Origin: Paenibacillaceae bacterium
Lineage (GTDB): Bacteria > Bacillota > Bacilli > Paenibacillales > JAWLCZ01
Length of the DNA stretch: 24,000 bases
Assembly (NCBI GenBank): GCA_041686835.1
Contig: JAWLCZ010000040.1
Coordinates: forward strand, 1 to 24,000
Direction of reading: 5' to 3'
This document shows positions 16,927 through 23,470 of this stretch, piece after piece. The notes beneath the pieces were generated by a model. It made no database searches. It saw only the letters and a list, made by a program, of their open reading frames with translations, and was not told where the DNA came from. The position numbers were made by a program, and so were the translations under genes. How positions within the stretch are numbered: position 1 is the first letter of the stretch; each line of letters starts with the position of its first letter.

Positions 16927-17469
16927 TCACACACCACCTTTCTGATATTCTTGAAGGAGGGATTGCAATTGCTGCCTCGCCCGGAACAAGTAAGATTTGA
17001 CCGTGTTTAAAGGCAAGCCCAGGGAATCGGCAATCTCGTTATATGAAAACTCCTGCAAATATCGCAAAACAACGACGGCCCGATGATGTTCGGGCAGTTT
17101 GTCAATCGCTTCCCGTATATCTTTCGCAATATCGGAGGACACTACTTGTTCTTCCACATTTCGCTCCGCCGTAAACACCATATTGTGTTCTTCGATGGAA
17201 ACGGTCGCTTTCGTTTTGCGGAATTTGTCAATGCAAATGTTGGTTACAATACGCTGCACCCATGTTTTAAACAGCGCTTTTTCCTCGTATGAATTGATTT
17301 TCGTATAAATGCGAAGGAGCGCCTCCTGGGCCGCATCCATCGCATCCTGTTCGTTTCCAAGAATATAAAACGCGGTGCGGTAAACATGTGTTTCGATTTG
17401 TCGCAACAGAGAAATGAGAGCATCGCGATCGCCCGACTGCGCCGCTCTGATCAGTTCTGGTTCAACCAC
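16927..17469 (-). CDS. ECF (sigma-70 group 4) RNA polymerase sigma factor, 180 aa
   Basis: Region 2 is DAMDAAQEALLRIY...FKTWVQRIVTNICIDKFRK and region 4 is LPEHHRAVVVLRYLQEFSYNEIADSLGLPLNTVKSYLFRARQQL. GTG start at 17469 with a GAGAGGGGG RBS. Translationally coupled to the downstream anti-sigma gene. Confidence 0.9.
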   Translation of the reverse strand: MVEPELIRAAQSGDRDALISLLRQIETHVYRTAFYILGNEQDAMDAAQEALLRIYTKINSYEEKALFKTWVQRIVTNICIDKFRKTKATVSIEEHNMVFTAERNVEEQVVSSDIAKDIREAIDKLPEHHRAVVVLRYLQEFSYNEIADSLGLPLNTVKSYLFRARQQLQSLLQEYQKGGV

Positions 17470-17499
17470 CAGCGGGGCCCCCTCTCTTGCATACTCTTA

Positions 17500-17526
17500 G
17501 ACGTGCAAAAAAGCAAAAATGTTGCA
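17500..17526 (-). promoter_or_regulatory. Candidate ECF-type autoregulatory promoter
   Basis: On the minus strand: TGCAAC (17526..17521), a 17-nt spacer, then CGTC (17503..17500), followed by TAA. This is the AAC-N16/17-CGT architecture used by Bacillus ECF sigma factors. A sigmaA-like pair, TTGCCA (17558..17553), an 18-nt spacer, then TAAATA (17534..17529), lies just upstream. Confidence 0.5.
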
Positions 17527-17580
17527 TTTATTTACGATCACGGAACGTAGCTTGGCAAAAAGCTCTTATAATAGAATAAC

Positions 17581-17630
17581 AAAAAACGGATGACCGGTAT
17601 ACATTCGATTCGCCGGCAACCGGCATCCGT
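17581..17630 (-). terminator. Intrinsic terminator (second of two downstream of the SGNH hydrolase gene)
   Basis: On the minus strand: ACGGATG-CCGG ... CCGG-t-CATCCGT (11 bp with a one-nt bulge) followed by TTTTTTG. Confidence 0.6.
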
Positions 17631-17766
17631 GCAAGCAGCCGCTTTTACTGGATTATCGCTGAAAAACGATGTTGGACGACACCTTTCTGTCTGGTGTACT
17701 ATCTAAGAAACATACGCCGCATAGAATCCGAACGATGCGTTTGTCCGCGAAGGCTTCGACTGGGTC

Positions 17767-17808
17767 AAAAAAATCGCCGGACAGGGGTGAATGTGCCTTG
17801 TTCCGGCG
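17767..17808 (-). terminator. Candidate intrinsic terminator directly after the SGNH hydrolase stop
   Basis: On the minus strand: CGCCGGA (17808..17802) pairs with TCCGGCG (17781..17775). The 20-nt loop is partly self-paired. ATTTTTTT follows. Confidence 0.5.
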
Positions 17809-17814
17809 GCAGTT

Positions 17815-18453
17815 CTAAGCCAACGGGAAATAGCCCGTCCTATGGATTTGTTCGGCGATGACGCGATATCCTTCCGCATTGGGATGAACATGGTCGAAGG
17901 ACAGCAGCTTCTTCTCCCTGCCCAGAAACGCGCCGTATACATCGGCTGAGCGAAAGTGAGTTCCCTGGAAGCTTTGGATGTGCCGGTTGAACTCCCTTAC
18001 CCACAAACCGCCTTTATGCAGCTTCGGAAAAGGGTTGTACAAACCGACCGACCGCACGATATATTTGCCGTTACGGCCTCGCTTCAGCTGCGTTATCATG
18101 CGCGCCATCCGGCTGAAATGCTCCCGGAATTGCTCCAATGCGTGCCGGAAATGTCGGTGTTCCCCGTCTGAAATATACTGCTTTGCCGCTTGTATCAAAT
18201 CGTTCCCGCCCGCCGTAATCGTAATGATGTCCGCCTGCGCAATCTTCAGTCGGATCTCGGCATGGAAAGCGATCAAGTCGGCTACGTCCCGCGCCGTTGC
18301 CCCTCTTCGCCCCGCATTTTCAAAGACGACCGGTTTTTTAACCGTTTGCTGAGCCAGTATGCCGTACCGGTTTACGAAACCGGAGCCCGGCCACGCCCCA
18401 ACGCCTTCGGTAAGCGAATCGCCAATCGCCACATAATAAATTTCAGGTTTCAC
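17815..18453 (-). CDS. SGNH/GDSL-family hydrolase (212 aa)
   Basis: Block I is VAIGDSLTEG, block III is ITAGGNDL and block V is DHVHP. GTG start at 18453 with a GGGGAG RBS 6 nt upstream. Confidence 0.85.
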   Translation of the reverse strand: MKPEIYYVAIGDSLTEGVGAWPGSGFVNRYGILAQQTVKKPVVFENAGRRGATARDVADLIAFHAEIRLKIAQADIITITAGGNDLIQAAKQYISDGEHRHFRHALEQFREHFSRMARMITQLKRGRNGKYIVRSVGLYNPFPKLHKGGLWVREFNRHIQSFQGTHFRSADVYGAFLGREKKLLSFDHVHPNAEGYRVIAEQIHRTGYFPLA

Positions 18454-18529
18454 GCCTTTCTCCCCGCTTCGTCCTCATTTACTACAGATTATGCGCATCC
18501 AAGCGCGCATGACCGCCTGAATCCGGGAG

Positions 18530-18574
18530 CAGCAAACAACCTGCGGGCGGTTCGCTGCCCCAGGTTGTTTGCTG
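18530..18574 (-). terminator. Perfect 14-bp stem-loop between gerPE and the SGNH gene (terminator-like, no U-tract)
   Basis: CAGCAAACAACCTG (18530-18543) pairs with CAGGTTGTTTGCTG (18561-18574). The 17-nt GC-rich loop is itself partly paired (GGGCGG/CTGCCC). Neither strand has a T-run after the stem. Confidence 0.5.
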
Positions 18575-18601
18575 TAGGACGAAAGGCATCGGACGATAAC
18601 G

Positions 18602-19024
18602 TTATGTGACGGCGGCGTCTGCAGCCGGCTTCGGCGTTGTCGGCGGTTCCGGATCTGTGTCGGACGAGATAAGCTGTCGGAAATGTTTGATGCGGGTTTC
18701 CGCGTCGACTATGCCGCAGAAACCGATTTTCAGAACGGAAGCGGCGGAAATGGCCAGCACTCTGATTCCGTTCACTTGAATGAACGGAGAGGCATTGATT
18801 ACCGACATCCTGACTTTTTCCTTGACGATGGGCTGCGGAGCAGGCCGGGAAAATATCGGATAACGGGCAAAATCGCCTTCATCGGCAAGAAAGGCGGGCA
18901 CTTCCCTCTGCACCGCAATCGATTGAGAGATCGGGGCGATGCTGGCGGAATCTCCTACGGATACGGTGGAGGAGAGCAATAATACATTAACCTGAAGGTC
19001 GTGGACAACGGATATGCGCGCCAT
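18602..19024 (-). CDS. gerPE: Spore germination protein GerPE (140 aa)
   Basis: It is the fifth gene of a gerP-type operon and its size matches GerPE. Sequence MARISVVHDLQVNVLLLSSTVSVGDSASI...FIQVNGIRVLAISAASVLKIG. The assignment rests on operon order and family resemblance. Confidence 0.75.
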   Translation of the reverse strand: MARISVVHDLQVNVLLLSSTVSVGDSASIAPISQSIAVQREVPAFLADEGDFARYPIFSRPAPQPIVKEKVRMSVINASPFIQVNGIRVLAISAASVLKIGFCGIVDAETRIKHFRQLISSDTDPEPPTTPKPAADAAVT

Positions 19025-19037
19025 GACGAAACCCGCA

Positions 19038-19244
19038 TTAAATCGGAGCTACAGCGGGGGTTACTCCTCCGCCGATTTCCAGCGGTACCAACGGACCGCG
19101 CGTTATCGCTTCCGGCGGCGTGTCGAACAGGGAAGAAGCGGTAATGATCTGCGTATCCCCGACCAGGAAAACGGTTGAGCTGGCAATGGCGATAATCTTG
19201 ATATCCCCTACGTTAATCCCTTTATTGACTACGGTATAATTCAT
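19038..19244 (-). CDS. gerPD: Spore germination protein GerPD (68 aa)
   Basis: MNYTVVNKGINVGDIKIIAIASSTVFLVGDT... is GerPA/PD/PF-family-like. The ATG overlaps the gerPC stop (ATGA). Confidence 0.8.
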   Translation of the reverse strand: MNYTVVNKGINVGDIKIIAIASSTVFLVGDTQIITASSLFDTPPEAITRGPLVPLEIGGGVTPAVAPI

Positions 19245-19825
19245 GAACCTTCACCTTCCTTATGTTGGAATCGGTTTAAGTATGCGCCCAGCGCGGACCG
19301 GATATCGCGCTTCATATTTTCCACAATCGCTTCCCGCCCGTCTTTCACGTTCATATAGTGGCGTATGCGATCATCCATCTGCTTCAACATGTCGTTGATG
19401 ATCGCTTTCCGCAATTCGTCTCCGAAAATAAAATGATGTTTGTTTTCAAACTGGGCGATTTTCTGTTCCGCTTCCCCCACCAAAAATTTCCGCATTTCCT
19501 GCTGAATTTGTCCGAAGCTGTCCGGCGTTTCCTGCTCAAACTGCACATCTTCAACCGTCTGATCGTTTACCGTCATTTGTTCCAGCGCTCCGGCGCTCTG
19601 GGGGGTAATCCCGATATTCAGCGTCCCTTCCAAAGTTTCCACCTTCAGCTGGTCAAAATTGTATTCGATTTTTTCAATCGTTATCGGCCGCTGCTGTTTT
19701 AATTGTTCCAGCTCGCTTTGCATTTGCCGCAACGATTGATCCAACAGGTTCAGTTTCTCCGCCTGCCATCCCAGCTGATAGTACAGCTGCTGCAAAAATC
19801 GAACCATCTCGGGTCCCATATACAT
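19241..19825 (-). CDS. gerPC: Spore germination protein GerPC (194 aa)
   Basis: MYMGPEMVRFLQQLYYQLGWQAEKLNLLDQSLRQMQSELEQLKQQRPITIEKIEYNFDQLKVETLEGTLNIGITP is a GerPC-type coiled-coil N-terminus with the (E/K)YxFDQLK(V/I)ExLxGTLNIG core. The track ORF was trimmed to ATG 19825 (GGGGGTGA RBS). Confidence 0.85.
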   Translation of the reverse strand: MYMGPEMVRFLQQLYYQLGWQAEKLNLLDQSLRQMQSELEQLKQQRPITIEKIEYNFDQLKVETLEGTLNIGITPQSAGALEQMTVNDQTVEDVQFEQETPDSFGQIQQEMRKFLVGEAEQKIAQFENKHHFIFGDELRKAIINDMLKQMDDRIRHYMNVKDGREAIVENMKRDIRSALGAYLNRFQHKEGEGS

Positions 19826-19893
19826 TGTACGGTCACCCCCTTGCTTCATCCTATGCCATCCCTGTACCAGCCAATGACAACGATTTGCCGCCA

Positions 19894-20106
19894 TCACTCG
19901 CTTGGCGGGGGGAACGGCACGAGAGGCGGAACTAGCGCTCCGGCTCGTTCCGGTAAAGGGGCGGGTCCGGTGAATCCCCCGGTATTGTACGAATTGGACA
20001 AAGCTTTAATGATGCCCGCGCTGCCGATTTGCAATACCGAAGATTGGGTAATCGCATTCACCCGAAAATTGTGGATGACGATATGCTGATGGACGGTAAG
20101 ATTCAT
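19894..20106 (-). CDS. gerPB: Spore germination protein GerPB (70 aa)
   Basis: MNLTVHQHIVIHNFRVNAITQSSVLQIGSAGIIKALSNSYNTGGF is GerPB-like. The ATG at 20106 shares one nt with the gerPA TGA (TGATG coupling). Confidence 0.85.
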   Translation of the reverse strand: MNLTVHQHIVIHNFRVNAITQSSVLQIGSAGIIKALSNSYNTGGFTGPAPLPERAGALVPPLVPFPPPSE

Positions 20107-20345
20107 CACGACACTCTCCCCACATTGCCGGCTCGGGCCTGATCGGCTTCCAGGAGATCCGAGTCGTTCGTGTTCGTAGCGTTAACCGCATTGAAGTTCA
20201 TCGGTATGTCCCCGGTATTGAATGATCCGGAACCTGCGAATGTTTTGGTCGTGCTTTGCGGATTCAATTGAAGGGCGTCGCCTATCTGAACGATTCCGGC
20301 GCTGCCTACGCTGATAATCTTTATGTTTCCGACAATGGCGGGCAT
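20106..20345 (-). CDS. gerPA: Spore germination protein GerPA (79 aa)
   Basis: MPAIVGNIKIISVGSAGIVQIGDALQLNPQSTTKTFAGSGSFNTGD is the GerPA/GerPF family pattern. It is the first gene of the operon. RBS AAAGGATG. Confidence 0.85.
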   Translation of the reverse strand: MPAIVGNIKIISVGSAGIVQIGDALQLNPQSTTKTFAGSGSFNTGDIPMNFNAVNATNTNDSDLLEADQARAGNVGRVS

Positions 20346-20377
20346 AGACGAACATCCTTTATTGGGTATTTATACTT

Positions 20378-20405
20378 CAATGTATGTTTATCCGCGCCCA
20401 GACGT
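20378..20405 (-). promoter_or_regulatory. Candidate sigmaK-type promoter for the gerP operon
   Basis: On the minus strand: AC (20405..20404), a 17-nt spacer, then CATAcatTg (20386..20378), about 33 nt upstream of the gerPA ATG. The consensus is AC-N17-CATAnnnTA. gerP is sigmaK-dependent in B. subtilis. Confidence 0.35.
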
Positions 20406-20428
20406 TCATCGCGCGCCTGCGCTCAATC

Positions 20429-20456
20429 ACTTTCGCCTGCAAGGGCACATATAATA
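20429..20456 (+). promoter_or_regulatory. Consensus sigmaK-type promoter for the Hsp20-like gene
   Basis: AC (20429-20430), a 17-nt spacer, then CATATAATA (20448-20456). This matches AC-N17-CATAnnnTA exactly and lies 90 nt upstream of ATG 20546. Confidence 0.45.
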
Positions 20457-20545
20457 AGAAAAAGCATCTGTCGAAGCCTTTCGAAGATAAGTCACCGCCA
20501 ATCGGGATTTTCATACATCGTGTCAGAGAAGGAGGGAAGCGCGCC

Positions 20546-20995
20546 ATGAGCAAGCCGGACAAAAACCATTTTTTTGATTGGAAAAAGATGGAGAGTATTT
20601 TCGGAAAACAATTTCCTTTCAGCACATTGTCGGGAAACAAGTCATTCGATTTGTCCTGGGTGGAGGACTACGTGAAGAGCGTCATGAAGCAAGCGATGCC
20701 GCAAAATGATCAACCCGACGAGCTTGAAAGCGAGGTGTTCGAAACGCACCGGGACGTCATCGCCAAAATTGCCGTTCCGGAACATATATCGCCCGGCGAT
20801 CTGCGAATTTTTGCCGCCTCAAACCAAATCAGGCTTGAAGGGCTGCCCGGAGGAGCCAAACAGTTCATCCCGCTGCCGGCGCACGTGAATCCGGGAGTGA
20901 GCAGAGCCCTTATGAAGCAAGGCGTGCTGCAGATACAAATGCGCAAGCAAAACAAGGAAGAGCAGTATAAAGAAATATTCATCCGGTATCACTAG
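20546..20995 (+). CDS. Small Hsp20/alpha-crystallin-like protein, probable spore-coat/germination-associated (CotP/GerT-like), 149 aa
   Basis: The C-terminal half EVFETHRDVIAKIAVPEHISPGDLRIFAASNQIRLEG...IPLPAHVNPGVSRALMKQGVLQIQMRK follows the alpha-crystallin domain layout. The track ORF was trimmed to ATG 20546 (AAGGAGGG RBS 9 nt upstream). The spore role is inferred from the promoter and the gerP neighbourhood. Confidence 0.7.
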   Translation: MSKPDKNHFFDWKKMESIFGKQFPFSTLSGNKSFDLSWVEDYVKSVMKQAMPQNDQPDELESEVFETHRDVIAKIAVPEHISPGDLRIFAASNQIRLEGLPGGAKQFIPLPAHVNPGVSRALMKQGVLQIQMRKQNKEEQYKEIFIRYH

Positions 20996-21017
20996 CCCAT
21001 TACAGGGAGGGAGTGCG

Positions 21018-21758
21018 ATGAAGCTCGTTCCGGAAACGGCGGCCCGACGTTTTGTGGAAGCTTATTTTCCTGACGCGGGTGTCGCTATATTGTCGGGAAG
21101 CGTCGTACAGGGCCTGGCCACACCGTTTTCCGATCTCGACATCGTCATATTCGACCCATCGCAAAGAGATTCGTTTCGTAAAACTTTTTTCGATTCGGAT
21201 TGGAAAATCGAGGCTTTTGTATTGAAGCCGGAAGAGTACGAGGATTTTTGTGAAGAAAGCCGCATTGCCGGCATTCCGACGCTGCAGCGGATGTGCGCGG
21301 ACGGAACGGTGATCGTGGACGACGGCTCCGCCGCCTCCATCATCGAGACGGCGAGACAAAACTTGCGGAACGGGCCGCTCCCGTGGACGACGTACGAGAT
21401 AAATCGGGCCAGATATGAAATTACGGAATGTCTGGAGGATTTGTCCGGCTCGAATCACCGTTCGGAAAACTTGTTTGTCGTCAACAAACTGGCCCAACTG
21501 GTTCACGAATTTGCGCTGCGGGCGAACAATCAATGGATTGGCGACGGCAAATGGATCGTTCGTTCGCTGAGAATGTTCGACGAATCGTTTTGCCGCGAAT
21601 TTATCGCCCATCTGGAAACATTTTATCGGGATGGGGAAAAACAAGGCTTGATCGATTTCGTGGACGTTTTATTGGAACGATTTGGCGGTCGGCTGACGGC
21701 AGGATATTTCGAAGGCAATTATTTTGCCTGGGATTGGAGTGAAGAAAAGGCCCCATGA
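21018..21758 (+). CDS. Pol-beta-superfamily nucleotidyltransferase, KNTase/ANT(4')-like architecture (246 aa)
   Basis: The LSGSVVQGLATPFSDLDIVIF segment carries the G-S-x(n)-D-x-D NTase motif, followed by ...DWKIEAFVLKPEEY and a helical C-terminal domain. This layout parallels kanamycin nucleotidyltransferase. RBS GGGAGGGAG; ATG at 21018. Confidence 0.8.
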   Translation: MKLVPETAARRFVEAYFPDAGVAILSGSVVQGLATPFSDLDIVIFDPSQRDSFRKTFFDSDWKIEAFVLKPEEYEDFCEESRIAGIPTLQRMCADGTVIVDDGSAASIIETARQNLRNGPLPWTTYEINRARYEITECLEDLSGSNHRSENLFVVNKLAQLVHEFALRANNQWIGDGKWIVRSLRMFDESFCREFIAHLETFYRDGEKQGLIDFVDVLLERFGGRLTAGYFEGNYFAWDWSEEKAP

Positions 21759-21760
21759 GC

Positions 21761-21797
21761 CGATGTCCCGCCTGTGGCGCGGGACATCGTTTTTTTA
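21761..21797 (+). terminator. Rho-independent terminator after the nucleotidyltransferase gene
   Basis: CGATGTCCCGC (21761-21771), a 7-nt loop, then GCGGGACATCG (21779-21789), followed by TTTTTTT. Confidence 0.85.
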
Positions 21798-21839
21798 ACC
21801 GCCGCAGCCGGCTCCAATATCGTTATTCGACGAGCGATA

Positions 21840-21875
21840 TAGACAACAACTGCTGCATAACCTTATAATAAGGTT
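21840..21875 (+). promoter_or_regulatory. Candidate sigmaA promoter for crcB with a palindrome across the -10 box
   Basis: TAGACA (21840-21845), an 18-nt spacer, then TATAAT (21864-21869). A perfect inverted repeat AACCTTA-taa-TAAGGTT (21859-21875) is centred on the -10 hexamer. Confidence 0.45.
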
Positions 21876-21932
21876 CGGACACCGGCCGGCCGAATTGGCG
21901 CCGGCTATCCTTCTAAAGGTGGTTTTCCGGTT

Positions 21933-22319
21933 ATGATGTATATGGCGATAGGCGTCGGCGGAATCATCGGGGCCCTGCTCCGGTTTTATCTGGGAATCTA
22001 CATACACTCATGGTGGACGGATCCGTTCCCGCTCGGAACGCTTGCCGCCAATTACTTGGGCTGCATCGCCCTCGGCGCGTTCTCCGCGTGGGTTTCCGCC
22101 GTAAAATCGGTGCCCGTTTGGCTGCAGGCGGGAATTTCCACGGGCGTCATCGGTTCGTTTACAACCTTTTCCACATTCAGCATCGAAACGATGGAATTGT
22201 TTCAGAACGGATTGAACGCTCTCGGTTGTATCTATATATTGTCAAGCCTGTTCGGAGGGCTCGCCCTGGCCTGGCTCGGACGCGCCATTGTGGCAAGCCG
22301 GTCCGGCATTCGACACTAG
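21933..22319 (+). CDS. crcB: Fluoride ion channel CrcB/FluC, subunit 1 (128 aa)
   Basis: MMYMAIGVGGIIGALLRFYLG...GVIGSFTTFSTFSIE shows the CrcB GxxGxxxR and GSFTTFSTF motifs. RBS AAGGTGG 10 nt upstream. Confidence 0.9.
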   Translation: MMYMAIGVGGIIGALLRFYLGIYIHSWWTDPFPLGTLAANYLGCIALGAFSAWVSAVKSVPVWLQAGISTGVIGSFTTFSTFSIETMELFQNGLNALGCIYILSSLFGGLALAWLGRAIVASRSGIRH

Positions 22320-22334
22320 GAGGTGCGGCACACC

Positions 22335-22703
22335 ATGATATCCGCTTCGATACTGGTCGCCATCGGCGGGTTTTGGGGAGCGATAGCCCGTTATTCGGTC
22401 AACCGGTGGGCGGCCAGAACGATTCCGTCCGTCTTTCCTTACGGTACGCTGCTGGTCAATGCGCTGGGCAGCTTCTTATTGGGATATCTTATCGGCATGC
22501 GGGCGGAACAAAGGCTCGTGCTTTTGCTCGGGACCGGATTCATGGGCTCGTTCACGACGTTTTCCACTTTTAAAGCGGAGAGCGTTCAACTGGCCAGGAC
22601 GAAACAGTGGTCCGTATTTTACTTGTATATCGCCATCAGCTACATTTCCGGCATCGTCCTGGCGTTCGCGGGATATGCCCTCGGACGGCAGACGTCCGCC
22701 TAA
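22335..22703 (+). CDS. crcB: Fluoride ion channel CrcB/FluC, subunit 2 (122 aa)
   Basis: MISASILVAIGGFWGAIARYSV...GFMGSFTTFSTFKAE. The track's GTG start at 22323 overlaps the AGGAGG RBS (22318-22323), so ATG 22335 is preferred. A paired arrangement is typical of heterodimeric Fluc channels in Firmicutes. Confidence 0.9.
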   Translation: MISASILVAIGGFWGAIARYSVNRWAARTIPSVFPYGTLLVNALGSFLLGYLIGMRAEQRLVLLLGTGFMGSFTTFSTFKAESVQLARTKQWSVFYLYIAISYISGIVLAFAGYALGRQTSA

Positions 22704-23068
22704 TCGGCGTTGAACCATTCCTCCTCCCACTCGTCCCTTTCATGCTCGCTGCACCATTGGTAATTCCGCCATTTGAACGTTTGGACATAATTTTTCAGCA
22801 TCGCCATCCGAGTCCGTTTCTGCGATTCGGTCAGCGCCCCGGCCGAAGCGTAAGTGTGAATCATGTCGAGATAGTCCATATAGATCCGGTGATAGATTTG
22901 ATCCAGCCGTTTTTTCGTTGCTGCAGATAATTTCACTTTGCGCGTGCAGTCCATTTCGTCGCGATCGTCCCGCGCTTGAGCTGAGGACGGTGCGGCCCAC
23001 CCCGCCTGTGGCGCGGCAAGGGACAGGCCGAGAACGAGCAGGATTGCCAATTTCCCCAATTTACCCAT
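22700..23068 (-). CDS. Small secreted protein of unknown function (122 aa)
   Basis: MGKLGKLAILLVLGLSLAAPQAGWA looks like a signal peptide. A helical, charged body follows, ending in WRNYQWCSEHERDEWEEEWFNAD. Trimmed to ATG 23068 (AAGGAGG 6 nt upstream). Its stop codon overlaps the crcB2 stop codon (CTAA). Confidence 0.7.
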   Translation of the reverse strand: MGKLGKLAILLVLGLSLAAPQAGWAAPSSAQARDDRDEMDCTRKVKLSAATKKRLDQIYHRIYMDYLDMIHTYASAGALTESQKRTRMAMLKNYVQTFKWRNYQWCSEHERDEWEEEWFNAD

Positions 23069-23236
23069 ATTCATCCTCCTTGTTGATTGTAGTGCTTTCC
23101 CCACATTGTCCCCCATCATTCGCTTTTCATGTGCGTTTCACCCTATGCATATTTATCCAGTTCGTTCCCGTTTTTTCTAAATATACTGTAGTAGCCGGAT
23201 TGCTCGGTACATCCTTTCCATAACGGGGAGATACGC

Positions 23237-23437
23237 ATGAAAAAGAACATCCTGGTCGTTAAAACGAACCTGCTGCCCTGGTACGACGAGTTAAGCGACT
23301 GCCTTGAGCTGCACCGGGATGATTTTCCGAAAGGCGCGCTGCGGAAAATCGCAAAGTTTGGAACATGCACGCTGCAGCATATCGACAACAAAAAATCGGT
23401 GTTCGTTCGCGACAATGAACGCACGGATGCACTGTAA
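23237..23437 (+). CDS. Hypothetical small protein (66 aa)
   Basis: Strong GC3 bias in this frame, unlike the overlapping minus-strand ORFs. RBS GGGGAG 7 nt upstream of the ATG. I recognise no family. Confidence 0.55.
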   Translation: MKKNILVVKTNLLPWYDELSDCLELHRDDFPKGALRKIAKFGTCTLQHIDNKKSVFVRDNERTDAL

Positions 23438-23470
23438 GACGAACGCATACTTGGAACGGGAGGTGTCTTT

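Noticed and set aside
17703-17942. A 79-aa minus-strand ORF overlapping the 3' end of the SGNH hydrolase gene and extending into the intergenic region.
   Set aside because: It is out of frame with the well-supported SGNH CDS, has no RBS, and has an Arg/Ser/Cys-rich non-protein-like composition. The non-overlapping part is better explained by terminator hairpins.
18454-18601. A possible hidden gerPF gene after gerPE.
   Set aside because: The gap is only 148 nt and has no ORF approaching the roughly 70 aa of GerPF. A stem-loop occupies most of it.
21798-21932. An expected fluoride (crcB-motif) riboswitch upstream of the crcB genes.
   Set aside because: By eye there is no GAUG-containing 5' core and no downstream CUGAUGA-like pseudoknot partner, and the leader after the best promoter is very short. 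A covariance-model scan (RF01734) would be the decisive test.
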